Shown here piece after piece: positions 8,027-15,928 of a stretch of 32,000 nt of DNA. Source of the stretch: Candidatus Woesearchaeota archaeon (GTDB lineage: Archaea > Nanobdellota > Nanobdellia > Woesearchaeales > ARS49); contig JACPID010000011.1 in assembly GCA_016188265.1 (NCBI GenBank), positions 1 to 32,000 of the forward strand, given 5' to 3'. Position 1 is the first letter of the stretch, and each line of letters begins with the position of its first letter. The translations under genes and the position numbers were made by a program. Below the pieces are notes generated by a model that saw only the letters and a program-made list of their open reading frames with translations, was not told the DNA's origin and made no database searches.

Positions 8027-8644
8027 ATGGTTAAAAAAAATGATTTTATAGAAATTGAGTACACTGCTAGTTTAAAAGAAGGTAATTCTGTTTTTGATAC
8101 TACTGATAAATCTGTTGCTGAAAAAAATAAGTTGCAGGCAAGTAAAAGTGTAGTTATTCCTTTAGGCCAAGGTTTGTTTTTGCAAGGTCTTGAAGACGCT
8201 CTTGAAGGCAAAAGTTTAGGAATACACACTGTTGAGTTGCAGGCTGAAAAAGCTTTTGGTAAAAAATCAACTCAGTTAATTAAGCTTGTTCCTACAAATA
8301 AGCTTCAACAGCAAAATATTAGGCCAGTTCCAGGGTTGCAATTAAATATTGATGGCATGTTAGGAACAGTTAAAGCTGTAAGTGGTGGAAGAACAATCAT
8401 TGATTTTAATCATCCTTTATCTGGAAAAGATGTTATTTATAAAGTTGATATTAAGCGTGTTGTTACAGATAAAAAAGAACAAGTGCAGTCATTGTTTAAT
8501 ATTTTTAACATCCCTGTAGATTCAGTAACTGTTGATGGTTTAAAAGCAATTGTTAAGGCTAAAGAAAAGCTTCCAGTATTGCTTCAAAAGGAAGTTGATG
8601 GAAAAGTAAAAGAGTTAACGGGAATTTCTGTTTTATTTTCTTAA
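8027..8644 (+). CDS. FKBP-type peptidyl-prolyl cis-trans isomerase (SlyD-like, archaeal long form)
   Basis: 'NDFIEIEYTASLKEGNSVFDTT' and 'IDFNHPLSGKDVIYKVDIKRV' form the FKBP core, with an inserted flap between them. Confidence 0.8.
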   Translation: MVKKNDFIEIEYTASLKEGNSVFDTTDKSVAEKNKLQASKSVVIPLGQGLFLQGLEDALEGKSLGIHTVELQAEKAFGKKSTQLIKLVPTNKLQQQNIRPVPGLQLNIDGMLGTVKAVSGGRTIIDFNHPLSGKDVIYKVDIKRVVTDKKEQVQSLFNIFNIPVDSVTVDGLKAIVKAKEKLPVLLQKEVDGKVKELTGISVLFS

Positions 8645-8673
8645 ATCTGTTATAGAACATATAATCTCTTCTC

Positions 8674-8689
8674 TATAAATATTTAAATA
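8674..8689 (+). promoter_or_regulatory. TATA-like element upstream of ftsZ
   Basis: 'tataaatatttaaata' ends 25 nt before the ATG at 8714 and no SD is visible. This is consistent with a leaderless or short-leader transcript. Confidence 0.35.
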
Positions 8690-8713
8690 CTCTCCGATAG
8701 TAGAAAATAGATC

Positions 8714-9817
8714 ATGGAAGTTCGTCCTGCTGATCAAAATAATTATGTACAATCCAGAGATGAAAAAAAAACTTATTCTGATCAAGAGCTTCAAGAACTT
8801 TTAGCTTCACAGCGTGCTACTATTAAAGTTGTTGGTTGTGGTGGTGGAGGAAATAATACTATTGATCGTATTACTGAGGTCGGAATTAAAGGTGCAGAAA
8901 CAATTGCTATAAATACAGATGCTCAAGATCTTCTTTACACAACTGCTGATAAAAAAATACTCATAGGTCGGGAAATAACAAAAGGGTTGGGTGCAGGAAG
9001 CAATCCTAAACTTGGTGAAGATGCTGCTAAAGAAAATGAGCATGATATTAAAAACTCTCTTCTTGGGGCAGACATGGTGTTTATCACTTGTGGTTTGGGT
9101 GGTGGAACTGGAACTGGTAGTGCACCTATTGTTGCTGATGTAGCTAAAAAACTTGGTGCATTAACTGTTGGCATTGTTACAATGCCCTTTACAATGGAAG
9201 GAAATAAGCGTTATGAAAATGCAACATATGGTCTTGAAAAATTAGAGCATCATCTTGATACTCTTATTATTATTCCAAATGATAAATTAATTGAGTTAGC
9301 TCCTGACTTGCCTCTTAATACTGCATTTAAGATTGCTGATGAAATTTTAACAAATGCAGTTAAAGGAATAGCTGAGCTTGTTACTAGAGCAGGATTAGTT
9401 AATCTTGATTTTGCAGATGTTCGTGCAGTTATGAAAGGCGGCGGTGTAGCGCTTATAGGCATGGGAGAGAGTGATAGTGAAAATCGTGCTATTGAATCAG
9501 TTGAAAAAGCAATAAACAATCCATTGCTTGATGTTGACATTTGCGGTGCAACAGGAGCTTTAATAAATATTTCTGGAAGTAAAGATCTTACACTTAATGA
9601 AGCTAGAAGAGTTGTTGAAGTTGTGACAGAAAAATTAAGTGAAGATGCTCGCATTATTTGGGGGGCTCAAATTTATGAAGATCTTGGAAGAACACTTCGT
9701 GTTATGCTTATAGTTACTGGAGTGAAAAGTCCTCAAATATTTGGCCCAGGTAAAAAATTAGCTCATGTTAATAAAGCTCAATTCTCAAATGAACTTGGAA
9801 TAGAATTTGTAGATTAG
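8714..9817 (+). CDS. ftsZ: cell division GTPase FtsZ
   Basis: '[10 protein letters not shown]' and the tubulin signature '[12 protein letters not shown]' are both present. The length is 367 aa. Confidence 0.95.
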   Translation: MEVRPADQNNYVQSRDEKKTYSDQELQELLASQRATIKVVGCGGGGNNTIDRITEVGIKGAETIAINTDAQDLLYTTADKKILIGREITKGLGAGSNPKLGEDAAKENEHDIKNSLLGADMVFITCGLGGGTGTGSAPIVADVAKKLGALTVGIVTMPFTMEGNKRYENATYGLEKLEHHLDTLIIIPNDKLIELAPDLPLNTAFKIADEILTNAVKGIAELVTRAGLVNLDFADVRAVMKGGGVALIGMGESDSENRAIESVEKAINNPLLDVDICGATGALINISGSKDLTLNEARRVVEVVTEKLSEDARIIWGAQIYEDLGRTLRVMLIVTGVKSPQIFGPGKKLAHVNKAQFSNELGIEFVD

Positions 9818-9822
9818 TAAAT

Positions 9823-9831
9823 CATATAAAT
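9823..9831 (+). promoter_or_regulatory. TATA-like element upstream of secE
   Basis: 'catataaat' lies 22-30 nt before the ATG at 9853. Confidence 0.3.
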
Positions 9832-9852
9832 GCATTCTTATTTTCTGCTTGC

Positions 9853-10077
9853 ATGGACGTTGTTAATCAGCAAACAACAGGATGGAAGTTTTGGCTTTTA
9901 AAGTTAAAAGAATTTTACAAAGAATGCCGTCGTGTACTGGTTGTTACTCGCAAGCCTAATCGTGATGAATTTAAACTTATTGTTAAAATTTCTGGTTTTG
10001 GTATTCTTGCAATTGGCGCTATAGGTTTTCTTATTCACTTTATTAAAACTGTTATTGAGCGAGGAGGCCTTTCATAA
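9853..10077 (+). CDS. secE: protein translocase subunit SecE/Sec61-gamma
   Basis: 74 aa with the basic segment 'VTRKPNRDEF' followed by a single TM 'ISGFGILAIGAIGFLIHFI'. It occupies the conserved position before spt5-rpl11. Confidence 0.8.
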   Translation: MDVVNQQTTGWKFWLLKLKEFYKECRRVLVVTRKPNRDEFKLIVKISGFGILAIGAIGFLIHFIKTVIERGGLS

Positions 10078-10143
10078 TCAAAAGGTTTAAAAAGTAATGT
10101 CTTTTCTCAATGTATTATTCTAGTTAAAATTAGAGGGAACTAG

Positions 10144-10641
10144 ATGGAAGAGCAAGATCAAACAATATCTCACATTTATGCGTTGCGTACAACTGCAAAT
10201 CGTGAAGACCAAGTAATGGATTTTGTATCAAGCAATGCAAAGAAAAAGAACATTCCTGTTTATGCAGTTATACGCCCACATGGCATGAGGGGTTATATTT
10301 TTGTAGAAGCAAAAGATCGTGCTAGTGCTGAACAAGCAGCATTTAATGTTCCTTATGCAAGAGGTGTGTTGCCTAAAGAAATAGAATATAAGGAAATTGA
10401 GCATATGCTCGAGCAGTCTAAGAGAGAAGTTGATATTAGAAAAAATGATATTGTTGAAATTATCAGCGGTCCATACAAGCGTGAACAAGCTAAAATTACT
10501 CGTGTAGATATGATTAAAGAAAAAGTTGTTGTTGAACTGCTTGGAGCAGCTGTTCCAATTCCAATAACTGTTTCACTTGATGCTGTTAAAGTAATACGTC
10601 GTGAAACAGAAGAAATTGCAGAATTAGAGGCTGAAGAATAA
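10144..10641 (+). CDS. spt5: transcription elongation factor Spt5 (archaeal NusG)
   Basis: The NGN start is 'IYALRTTANREDQV' and the KOW motif is 'DIVEIISGPYKREQAKITRV'. An SD-like 'gaggg' lies at 10133-10137. Confidence 0.85.
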   Translation: MEEQDQTISHIYALRTTANREDQVMDFVSSNAKKKNIPVYAVIRPHGMRGYIFVEAKDRASAEQAAFNVPYARGVLPKEIEYKEIEHMLEQSKREVDIRKNDIVEIISGPYKREQAKITRVDMIKEKVVVELLGAAVPIPITVSLDAVKVIRRETEEIAELEAEE

Positions 10642-11375
10642 TGCCAGTACAAATTGTTGATGCATTAGTGCAAGGTGGAAAGGCAAGCGCAGGGCCTCCT
10701 TTAGGACCAACACTAGGCCAGCTTAAAGTAAATATAGGCCAAGTTATTTCTGAGATTAATAATGCAACTAAAGATTTTAATGGTATGCAGGTTCCTGTTA
10801 AAATTCATGTTAATACTGATGATAAATCATTTGAAATAAGTGTTGGAACTCCGCCTGTTTCTGCACTTGTTAAAAAAGAAGCAGGAATTGATAAGGGCAG
10901 TGGCAATCCTTTAACTGATAAAGTTGCAGATATTCGTATTGAGCAGGTTATTAAGGTTGCTAAAATGAAAAGTGAAAGCCTTCTTGGCAAAGACATGTTT
11001 GCAAAAGTAAAAGAAGTTATAGGAACATGCAATAGTATGGGGGTTCTTGTCGAGGGAAAACAAGCTTCTGAAGTTGTTCAAGATATTAACAAAGGAGCAT
11101 TTAAGGAAAAGATTTTTACAGGGAAAACAGAACTTAGTGCAGAAGATCTTAAACAGCTTGAAGCAGAAAAGAAAAGACTGCAAGAAGAAGTTGTCAAAAA
11201 ACGAGAACAATTTATGTCTACTGCTAAAAAGATTATTGAAGAACTTACTGGTAAGCCTCGCAGCCAAATTAAAGCAAAACTTGTTGAAGCAGGAATTCCA
11301 ACTGCAATAATAGATGAACTGCTTCCTGCTGAAGCTGTAGGTAGTGCTGCTGGAGCTGTTCCGCCTAAGAAATAA
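10641..11375 (+). CDS. rpl11: ribosomal protein uL11 with a ~85-aa C-terminal extension
   Basis: 'GGKASAGPPLGPTLGQLKVNIGQV' is the uL11 N-terminal motif. The core appears to end near 'DINKGAFKEKI', and an extra coiled-coil plus Ala/Gly-rich tail follows. Confidence 0.9.
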   Translation: MPVQIVDALVQGGKASAGPPLGPTLGQLKVNIGQVISEINNATKDFNGMQVPVKIHVNTDDKSFEISVGTPPVSALVKKEAGIDKGSGNPLTDKVADIRIEQVIKVAKMKSESLLGKDMFAKVKEVIGTCNSMGVLVEGKQASEVVQDINKGAFKEKIFTGKTELSAEDLKQLEAEKKRLQEEVVKKREQFMSTAKKIIEELTGKPRSQIKAKLVEAGIPTAIIDELLPAEAVGSAAGAVPPKK

Positions 11376-11380
11376 TTCTA

Positions 11381-13066
11381 ATGTCATATAATGAAGCTGT
11401 TAAGGAAATTTTGCAGAAAGTTCGTGTTCAAAATAAATTAACTCAAAAGAATATTGATAAAATTAAAAAAGAAGTTATTCAAAAACATAAGCTTACTCAA
11501 GTTCCTTCTAATATTGAATTATTAACACACACGCCAAAACAAGAATTAAATTTTTTAAAAAAAGTGTTGCACACTAAACCAGTAAGAACATTTTCCGGAG
11601 TTGCTCCTATAGCTATTATGACTGCTCCTTTTGCTTGCGCGCATGGCAAATGTACATTTTGTCCTGGAGGGCCTAATAGTTTTTTTGGTGATATTCCTCA
11701 AAGTTATACTGGTCATGAACCAACTACTATGCGCGCCATAAGAAATGAGTATGATAGTTACTTGCAAGTTTTTAATCGTTTAGAACAATATACTGTTTTA
11801 GGACATGCTGCAAATAAAGTCGAACTTATTATTATGGGGGGAACTTTTCCTGCAATTCCTGTAGAGTATCAAACTAATTTTGTTCTCGGTGCATTTCGTG
11901 CAATGAATGATTTTTCTGAAATGTTTTACAAAAATGGTGAATTTGATTTTAATTTATTTAAAGAATTTTTTGAGCTTCCTGGAAGCATTCATGATGTTCA
12001 AAGAATAAGGAATGTTCAAAAAAAGTTGTTTGAAATTAAAAACAAATCAAAAACAACTCTTGAGTATGAACAAATTCGTAATGAAGTTTCTAGTATAAGA
12101 TGTGTTGCTCTTTGTATAGAAACAAAACCTGATTGGGGTAAGCTTGTTCACGGCAATAGATTGCTTTCACAAGGATGTACGCGTGTTGAAATTGGTGTTG
12201 AATCTGTTTATGATGATGTTCTTTTAAAAACACACAGAGAGCATACTGTTCAAGATACAAAAGAGAGCTTTCAAATACTTCGAGATCTTGGTTTTAAAAT
12301 ATCTGCCCACTACATGCCAGGGCTTCCTTTAACAGATAAAAAAAGAGATTTTGAAGGCATGAAAGAACTTTTTAAATCACCTGATTATCGCCCAGATATG
12401 CTTAAATTATACCCGTGTATGGTTTCTCCTGGAACTGCTTTATATCATGATTACAAAAAAGGATTATTCATTCCATTATCAACTGAGGAATCAGCACAAT
12501 TAATTGCTGAATTTAAACCATTTATTCCAACTTATTGCAGGGTTCAAAGGATTAATCGTGATGTTCCTACAAAATTTTGGGAGGCAGGTGTTGGAATAAC
12601 AAACCTAAGACAGTACATACATGAAAAATATGCTCCAAAATGCAGGTGTATTAGGTGCAGAGAACCAAAAACAAAAAACATAAATTTTGAGAATGCAAAA
12701 CTATTAATCCAAGAGTATAAAGCTTCTGAAGGCAGAGAATTTTTTATTAGTTTTGAGGATACAGCTCAAGATTTAATATTTGGTTTTTGCAGGTTAAGAT
12801 TTCCATCACAATTTTTAAGAGCTGAAATAACTCCAAATTCTGCGCTTATTAGAGAAATGCATGTTTATGGCCAATCTATGCCTTTAGGTGAGAAGGGATT
12901 AGTACAGCATCGTGGTTTTGGAAAATTGCTTTTAAAAAAAGCAGAAGAAATTGCTAAAGAAAATGGAAAAGATAAAATGGTTGTTATTTCAGGAGTTGGA
13001 GTAAGAGAATATTACTCAAAATTGGGATATAGACTAGAAGGTCCTTATATGGTTAAGAAGTTATGA
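11381..13066 (+). CDS. elp3: Elp3-type radical SAM / GNAT tRNA U34 modification enzyme
   Basis: The Cys cluster 'CAHGKCTFCPGG' and the C-terminal GNAT segment 'QHRGFGKLLLKKAEEIA' are present. The length is 561 aa. Confidence 0.9.
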   Translation: MSYNEAVKEILQKVRVQNKLTQKNIDKIKKEVIQKHKLTQVPSNIELLTHTPKQELNFLKKVLHTKPVRTFSGVAPIAIMTAPFACAHGKCTFCPGGPNSFFGDIPQSYTGHEPTTMRAIRNEYDSYLQVFNRLEQYTVLGHAANKVELIIMGGTFPAIPVEYQTNFVLGAFRAMNDFSEMFYKNGEFDFNLFKEFFELPGSIHDVQRIRNVQKKLFEIKNKSKTTLEYEQIRNEVSSIRCVALCIETKPDWGKLVHGNRLLSQGCTRVEIGVESVYDDVLLKTHREHTVQDTKESFQILRDLGFKISAHYMPGLPLTDKKRDFEGMKELFKSPDYRPDMLKLYPCMVSPGTALYHDYKKGLFIPLSTEESAQLIAEFKPFIPTYCRVQRINRDVPTKFWEAGVGITNLRQYIHEKYAPKCRCIRCREPKTKNINFENAKLLIQEYKASEGREFFISFEDTAQDLIFGFCRLRFPSQFLRAEITPNSALIREMHVYGQSMPLGEKGLVQHRGFGKLLLKKAEEIAKENGKDKMVVISGVGVREYYSKLGYRLEGPYMVKKL

Positions 13067-13087
13067 AACAAATCATTATTTTCTTTT

Positions 13088-13377
13088 TTAATTTAATAAA
13101 CTGAGATCTTCTTCAATATCCTCTATTGAATAGCTTGATATAAATCCTCGATCTATAAGATAATGTTGAAACGTCAGAAATTGCCACTCGCAATCTCATT
13201 GCTTCAGCTCGGAGTAAGAGGGCGATTTCTGAGCGTGATCAAAAACTACACGCTACCTACTTCAGTAGGTAGTTTTTGACAATCCCATAATGTAAGTCCT
13301 GCACGATGAGCTGCTTCTGTTAAAGAAATTTTGCCTTTTTTTATAGTTCTCTGTAGCTTTTTCTTTTGTTTTTCTAT
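13088..13377 (-). pseudogene. UPF0175-like small HTH gene, N-terminally truncated and interrupted by a 101-nt element
   Basis: On the minus strand, 13377-13282 encodes '..KKGKISLTEAAHRAGLTLWD'. 13180-13088 encodes 'FLTFQHYLIDRGFISSYSIEDIEEDLSLLN*'. Together they resemble UPF0175 ('GK.SLGKAAELAG.S.WEF...L...GI...Y..EDLEEDL'). The two parts are 2 nt out of frame, and removing exactly 13181-13281 (101 nt = 3n+2) restores the frame. No ATG start is present. Confidence 0.45.
13181..13281 (-). mobile_element. copy B of the structured repeat element, inserted in a coding remnant (MITE-like or intron-like)
   Basis: The minus-strand sequence is 'tgtcaaaaac'-hairpin(tacctac/gtaggta)-'cgtg'-'tagtttttgatcacgctcagaaatcgc' plus a ~40-nt tail. 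It shares the exact 21-mer with 7548-7568. Its outer stem is caaAaac/gttTttg against caaGaac/gttCttg in copy A. Confidence 0.4.
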
Positions 13378-14180
13378 TCATCATAATTTATATTAACCCT
13401 CTTAACTTCAATACTAACAGCATTATCCAATACTCTTATATATCTTGGGCATAAAGTATATGAATAATTATTTTTATTGCAGTAATCTATAATTTCTTTT
13501 TTTTGTTTTTCATTATTAAATTTTACAATAACATTAAAACCTAAAGAATTTTTATGAATTATTTCTTTTTCAGCTAACTCAATTTTAATTTTGTTATTTA
13601 TTTTATTAAAAAACTCTCTTCTTTTAGGTAAACGATCAATTTCTCTTTCTAATGCATTTAATTTTGACTGGTCAAAATTTGTATTTGTTATTAATTTATG
13701 TAGTTCTTCATCATTTGTTGCTATAAAACCGCCGTAGCCTAGATTTATTGGTTTGTAAGTCCCACAACTGCATAATAATATATTGCCAATTTTTCCATTT
13801 ATTGTTCCTATGCTTCCAGAAATATCATTTACTAATAAAACATTTTTTTCTTGGCACAATTTTTGTATGTTTTCCATAGGTTGTTCTGCTATGTATCCTG
13901 GCATTGAATTAACTAATAAAACTGTGTTGGCAGTTATTTTTTTTATAAGATCTTCTTCGTTAATGATTCCATAGTCTGTTTTTACTTCAATGACTACCAT
14001 TCCTTTTTTTCTCGCGTAACTTTTATATGTCAGCCAGCCTCCTTGATCTTGGATTAATAATCTTGTTTTTTGTAGTTTTTCAGCTAATTCTAAAACATGT
14101 TTTATTGCATGATCTCCACTTTGTGTGAGTGTTACAAATTTTTTTTGTGTTAATTCCTGAATTTTTTCAAGTGCGCTCAT
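13374..14180 (-). CDS. putative PLP-dependent (fold-type I-like) enzyme, short form
   Basis: 'LCSCGTYKPINLGYGGFI' resembles the S-x-x-K PLP-lysine segment of DegT / cysteine-desulfurase-like enzymes. At 268 aa it is shorter than typical family members. Confidence 0.4.
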   Translation of the reverse strand: MSALEKIQELTQKKFVTLTQSGDHAIKHVLELAEKLQKTRLLIQDQGGWLTYKSYARKKGMVVIEVKTDYGIINEEDLIKKITANTVLLVNSMPGYIAEQPMENIQKLCQEKNVLLVNDISGSIGTINGKIGNILLCSCGTYKPINLGYGGFIATNDEELHKLITNTNFDQSKLNALEREIDRLPKRREFFNKINNKIKIELAEKEIIHKNSLGFNVIVKFNNEKQKKEIIDYCNKNNYSYTLCPRYIRVLDNAVSIEVKRVNINYDE

Positions 14181-14217
14181 AATATTTAATAAGTGGTGAT
14201 TGTTTAAAAGGCTTATT

Positions 14218-14697
14218 ATGTGGTATGATATTATTGCTTCATCTTACAAAGAGCTTTATGGTGATGAACAAAAACAAAAAATAAAGTGGTTTTTAAAAAA
14301 TTTTAATTTTAAAAAAACGCACAAAATACTTGATCTAGCTTGCGGTTCTGGTCTTTTTAATGTTGATTCTAAGATTATTGGTTTGGATAAAAGCTTTCAG
14401 TTGTTAAAACAGTCTAAATTTTCAGTAATTAATGGCATTGCTGAACAACTGCCTTTTCAGAATAAATCTTTTGATGTTATTTTTTGCTTAAGTGCAATCC
14501 ACAATTTTGATAATCCTGAAAAATCCATAAAAGAAATGTTGAGAGTTGGAAGAAAATGGTTTTTGTTGTCTGTTCTTAAAAAATCTAAATTAAAACATAA
14601 GTTATTATGTCTTATTAAGAATTATTTTATTATTAAAAAAAAATATGAAGAAGAAAAGGACATATTGTTGGTTTGCAGTCAAAAATCAGCAGAATAG
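14218..14697 (+). CDS. class I SAM-dependent methyltransferase
   Basis: Motif I is 'ILDLACGSGLF', and 'FDVIFCLSAIHNF' is also present. The track start at 14200 is TTG; the first ATG is at 14218. Confidence 0.7.
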   Translation: MWYDIIASSYKELYGDEQKQKIKWFLKNFNFKKTHKILDLACGSGLFNVDSKIIGLDKSFQLLKQSKFSVINGIAEQLPFQNKSFDVIFCLSAIHNFDNPEKSIKEMLRVGRKWFLLSVLKKSKLKHKLLCLIKNYFIIKKKYEEEKDILLVCSQKSAE

Positions 14698-14715
14698 TAT
14701 TTTTAGTCTATAAAT

Positions 14716-14726
14716 CTTTATAAAAT
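14716..14726 (+). promoter_or_regulatory. TATA-like element
   Basis: 'ctttataaaat' lies 22-32 nt before the ATG at 14748. Confidence 0.3.
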
Positions 14727-14747
14727 AATCTATTCTTTTTTGTATTG

Positions 14748-15518
14748 ATGAGGGTGTTTTTGTATGATTTAATTTCAGCATTAGATCCTTTTAAATACCC
14801 GCATATAACACTGCGGTCTCCTTTTAAAGGATTTGCTTACATGTTCAAGCTTGTTTTATTTTTTACAATTATTTTATCCTTGTTTTATATTCCTGAAGTG
14901 GCAGATATTCCGCATGCACTTGAAAAGCAGGTTTCAAAAATAAAAATTTCAGATGTTAATGGTAAATTTCAAGTTACTGAACCTATTAGGTTTCCAGAAC
15001 AAAAACCAATAATCATAGTTGATACTAATGTTGATGAACCTTCAGAATCTGTTATGCTGTTTTTTTCAAAGAATTCTCTTTTTTACAATGGAAACAAGTC
15101 TGCTTATTCTGCTTTTCTTGACATGTCAAAGCCAGATAAAAATATTGTATCTTTTCTTCGCTTAATTGTTTTTTTAATTGCTCCATCTTTGTTTTTTTAT
15201 TTATTTTTGTTATTTTTCGTAAAATATTTTATTATATCTTTAGCTCTTGCACTTCTTATTGCATCTGTCCTTGACCTTACATCCTGGGCTGTTTCTTGGA
15301 AAAAATCACTAAATCTAGCTTTTTTTGCTTCAACTTGGTCTCTTCCTTTAGAAATATTGCTTTCTCCTTTCAAAATTTACTGGCTTGGGCCTATACTTAC
15401 AGTTGGTAAATTTACTTTATATGCATTGCCTATTTTTATTTACCTTATTTTTGCAGTATTTGCTCTTGTATGCATAATACGCTACCAGCAAGAAAAAACA
15501 AATATAGATATACCATAA
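14748..15518 (+). CDS. multi-pass membrane protein (possibly DUF1189-like)
   Basis: Several long hydrophobic segments are present. The N-terminal cytosolic 'LYDLISALDPFKY...FKGFAYMF' followed by a TM segment resembles DUF1189 from memory. Confidence 0.4.
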   Translation: MRVFLYDLISALDPFKYPHITLRSPFKGFAYMFKLVLFFTIILSLFYIPEVADIPHALEKQVSKIKISDVNGKFQVTEPIRFPEQKPIIIVDTNVDEPSESVMLFFSKNSLFYNGNKSAYSAFLDMSKPDKNIVSFLRLIVFLIAPSLFFYLFLLFFVKYFIISLALALLIASVLDLTSWAVSWKKSLNLAFFASTWSLPLEILLSPFKIYWLGPILTVGKFTLYALPIFIYLIFAVFALVCIIRYQQEKTNIDIP

Positions 15519-15928
15519 TGGCAGAATTTATTCTTTTATCATGTCGTGGATCTCATACCCATATTGGAAAAACTCATGATATTAAAGAAGTTGTGCCGAT
15601 TAATAATTTCATGACAGCATCAACTGAGCCTCTTGTTTATGCAATATCACTTAATAAAGATTTAATTGCAACAAAAATGATTTCTGAAACAAAAATTTTT
15701 GCTTTAAACTTTCTTTCTGAAAAATTTAAAGAAGCAGTTGTTGATTCTAGTAAGCACACTGGTGAGTTTCATGATAAGCTTTCTTTAATTAATTTAACAG
15801 AACAACCTACAGAAAAAATTCTAGATTGTTTTTCAATAAAAGAAGCTGAAAAAGTATTAGAGTGTGAAGTGATTCATGAATTTAGTTATGGAGATAGTGT
15901 TGTTTTTTTTGGAAAAGCGCTTAACTAG
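15518..15928 (+). CDS. flavin reductase-like (FMN-binding split-barrel) domain protein
   Basis: 'PINNFMTASTEPLVYAISLNKD...TKIFALNFL...HDKL' follows the flavin reductase-like domain pattern. The ATG at 15518 overlaps the upstream stop (ATAATG). Confidence 0.5.
   Translation: MAEFILLSCRGSHTHIGKTHDIKEVVPINNFMTASTEPLVYAISLNKDLIATKMISETKIFALNFLSEKFKEAVVDSSKHTGEFHDKLSLINLTEQPTEKILDCFSIKEAEKVLECEVIHEFSYGDSVVFFGKALN

Noticed and set aside
8807-11387. Antisense or alternative-frame ORFs inside ftsZ, spt5 and rpl11 (8807-9043, 8935-9174, 9250-9654, 10228-10488, 10353-10652, 10805-11032, 10911-11387, 11047-11310)
   Set aside because: They lie entirely within well-supported conserved genes. They show the Ser/Ile/Phe/Leu-rich, repetitive composition typical of shadow ORFs in AT-rich DNA.
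7548-13242. The inverted 21-mers as terminal inverted repeats of a 5.7-kb transposon
   Set aside because: The interior consists only of core housekeeping genes (FKBP, ftsZ, secE, spt5, rpl11, elp3), with no transposase or integrase. The repeats are better explained as two copies of a small element.
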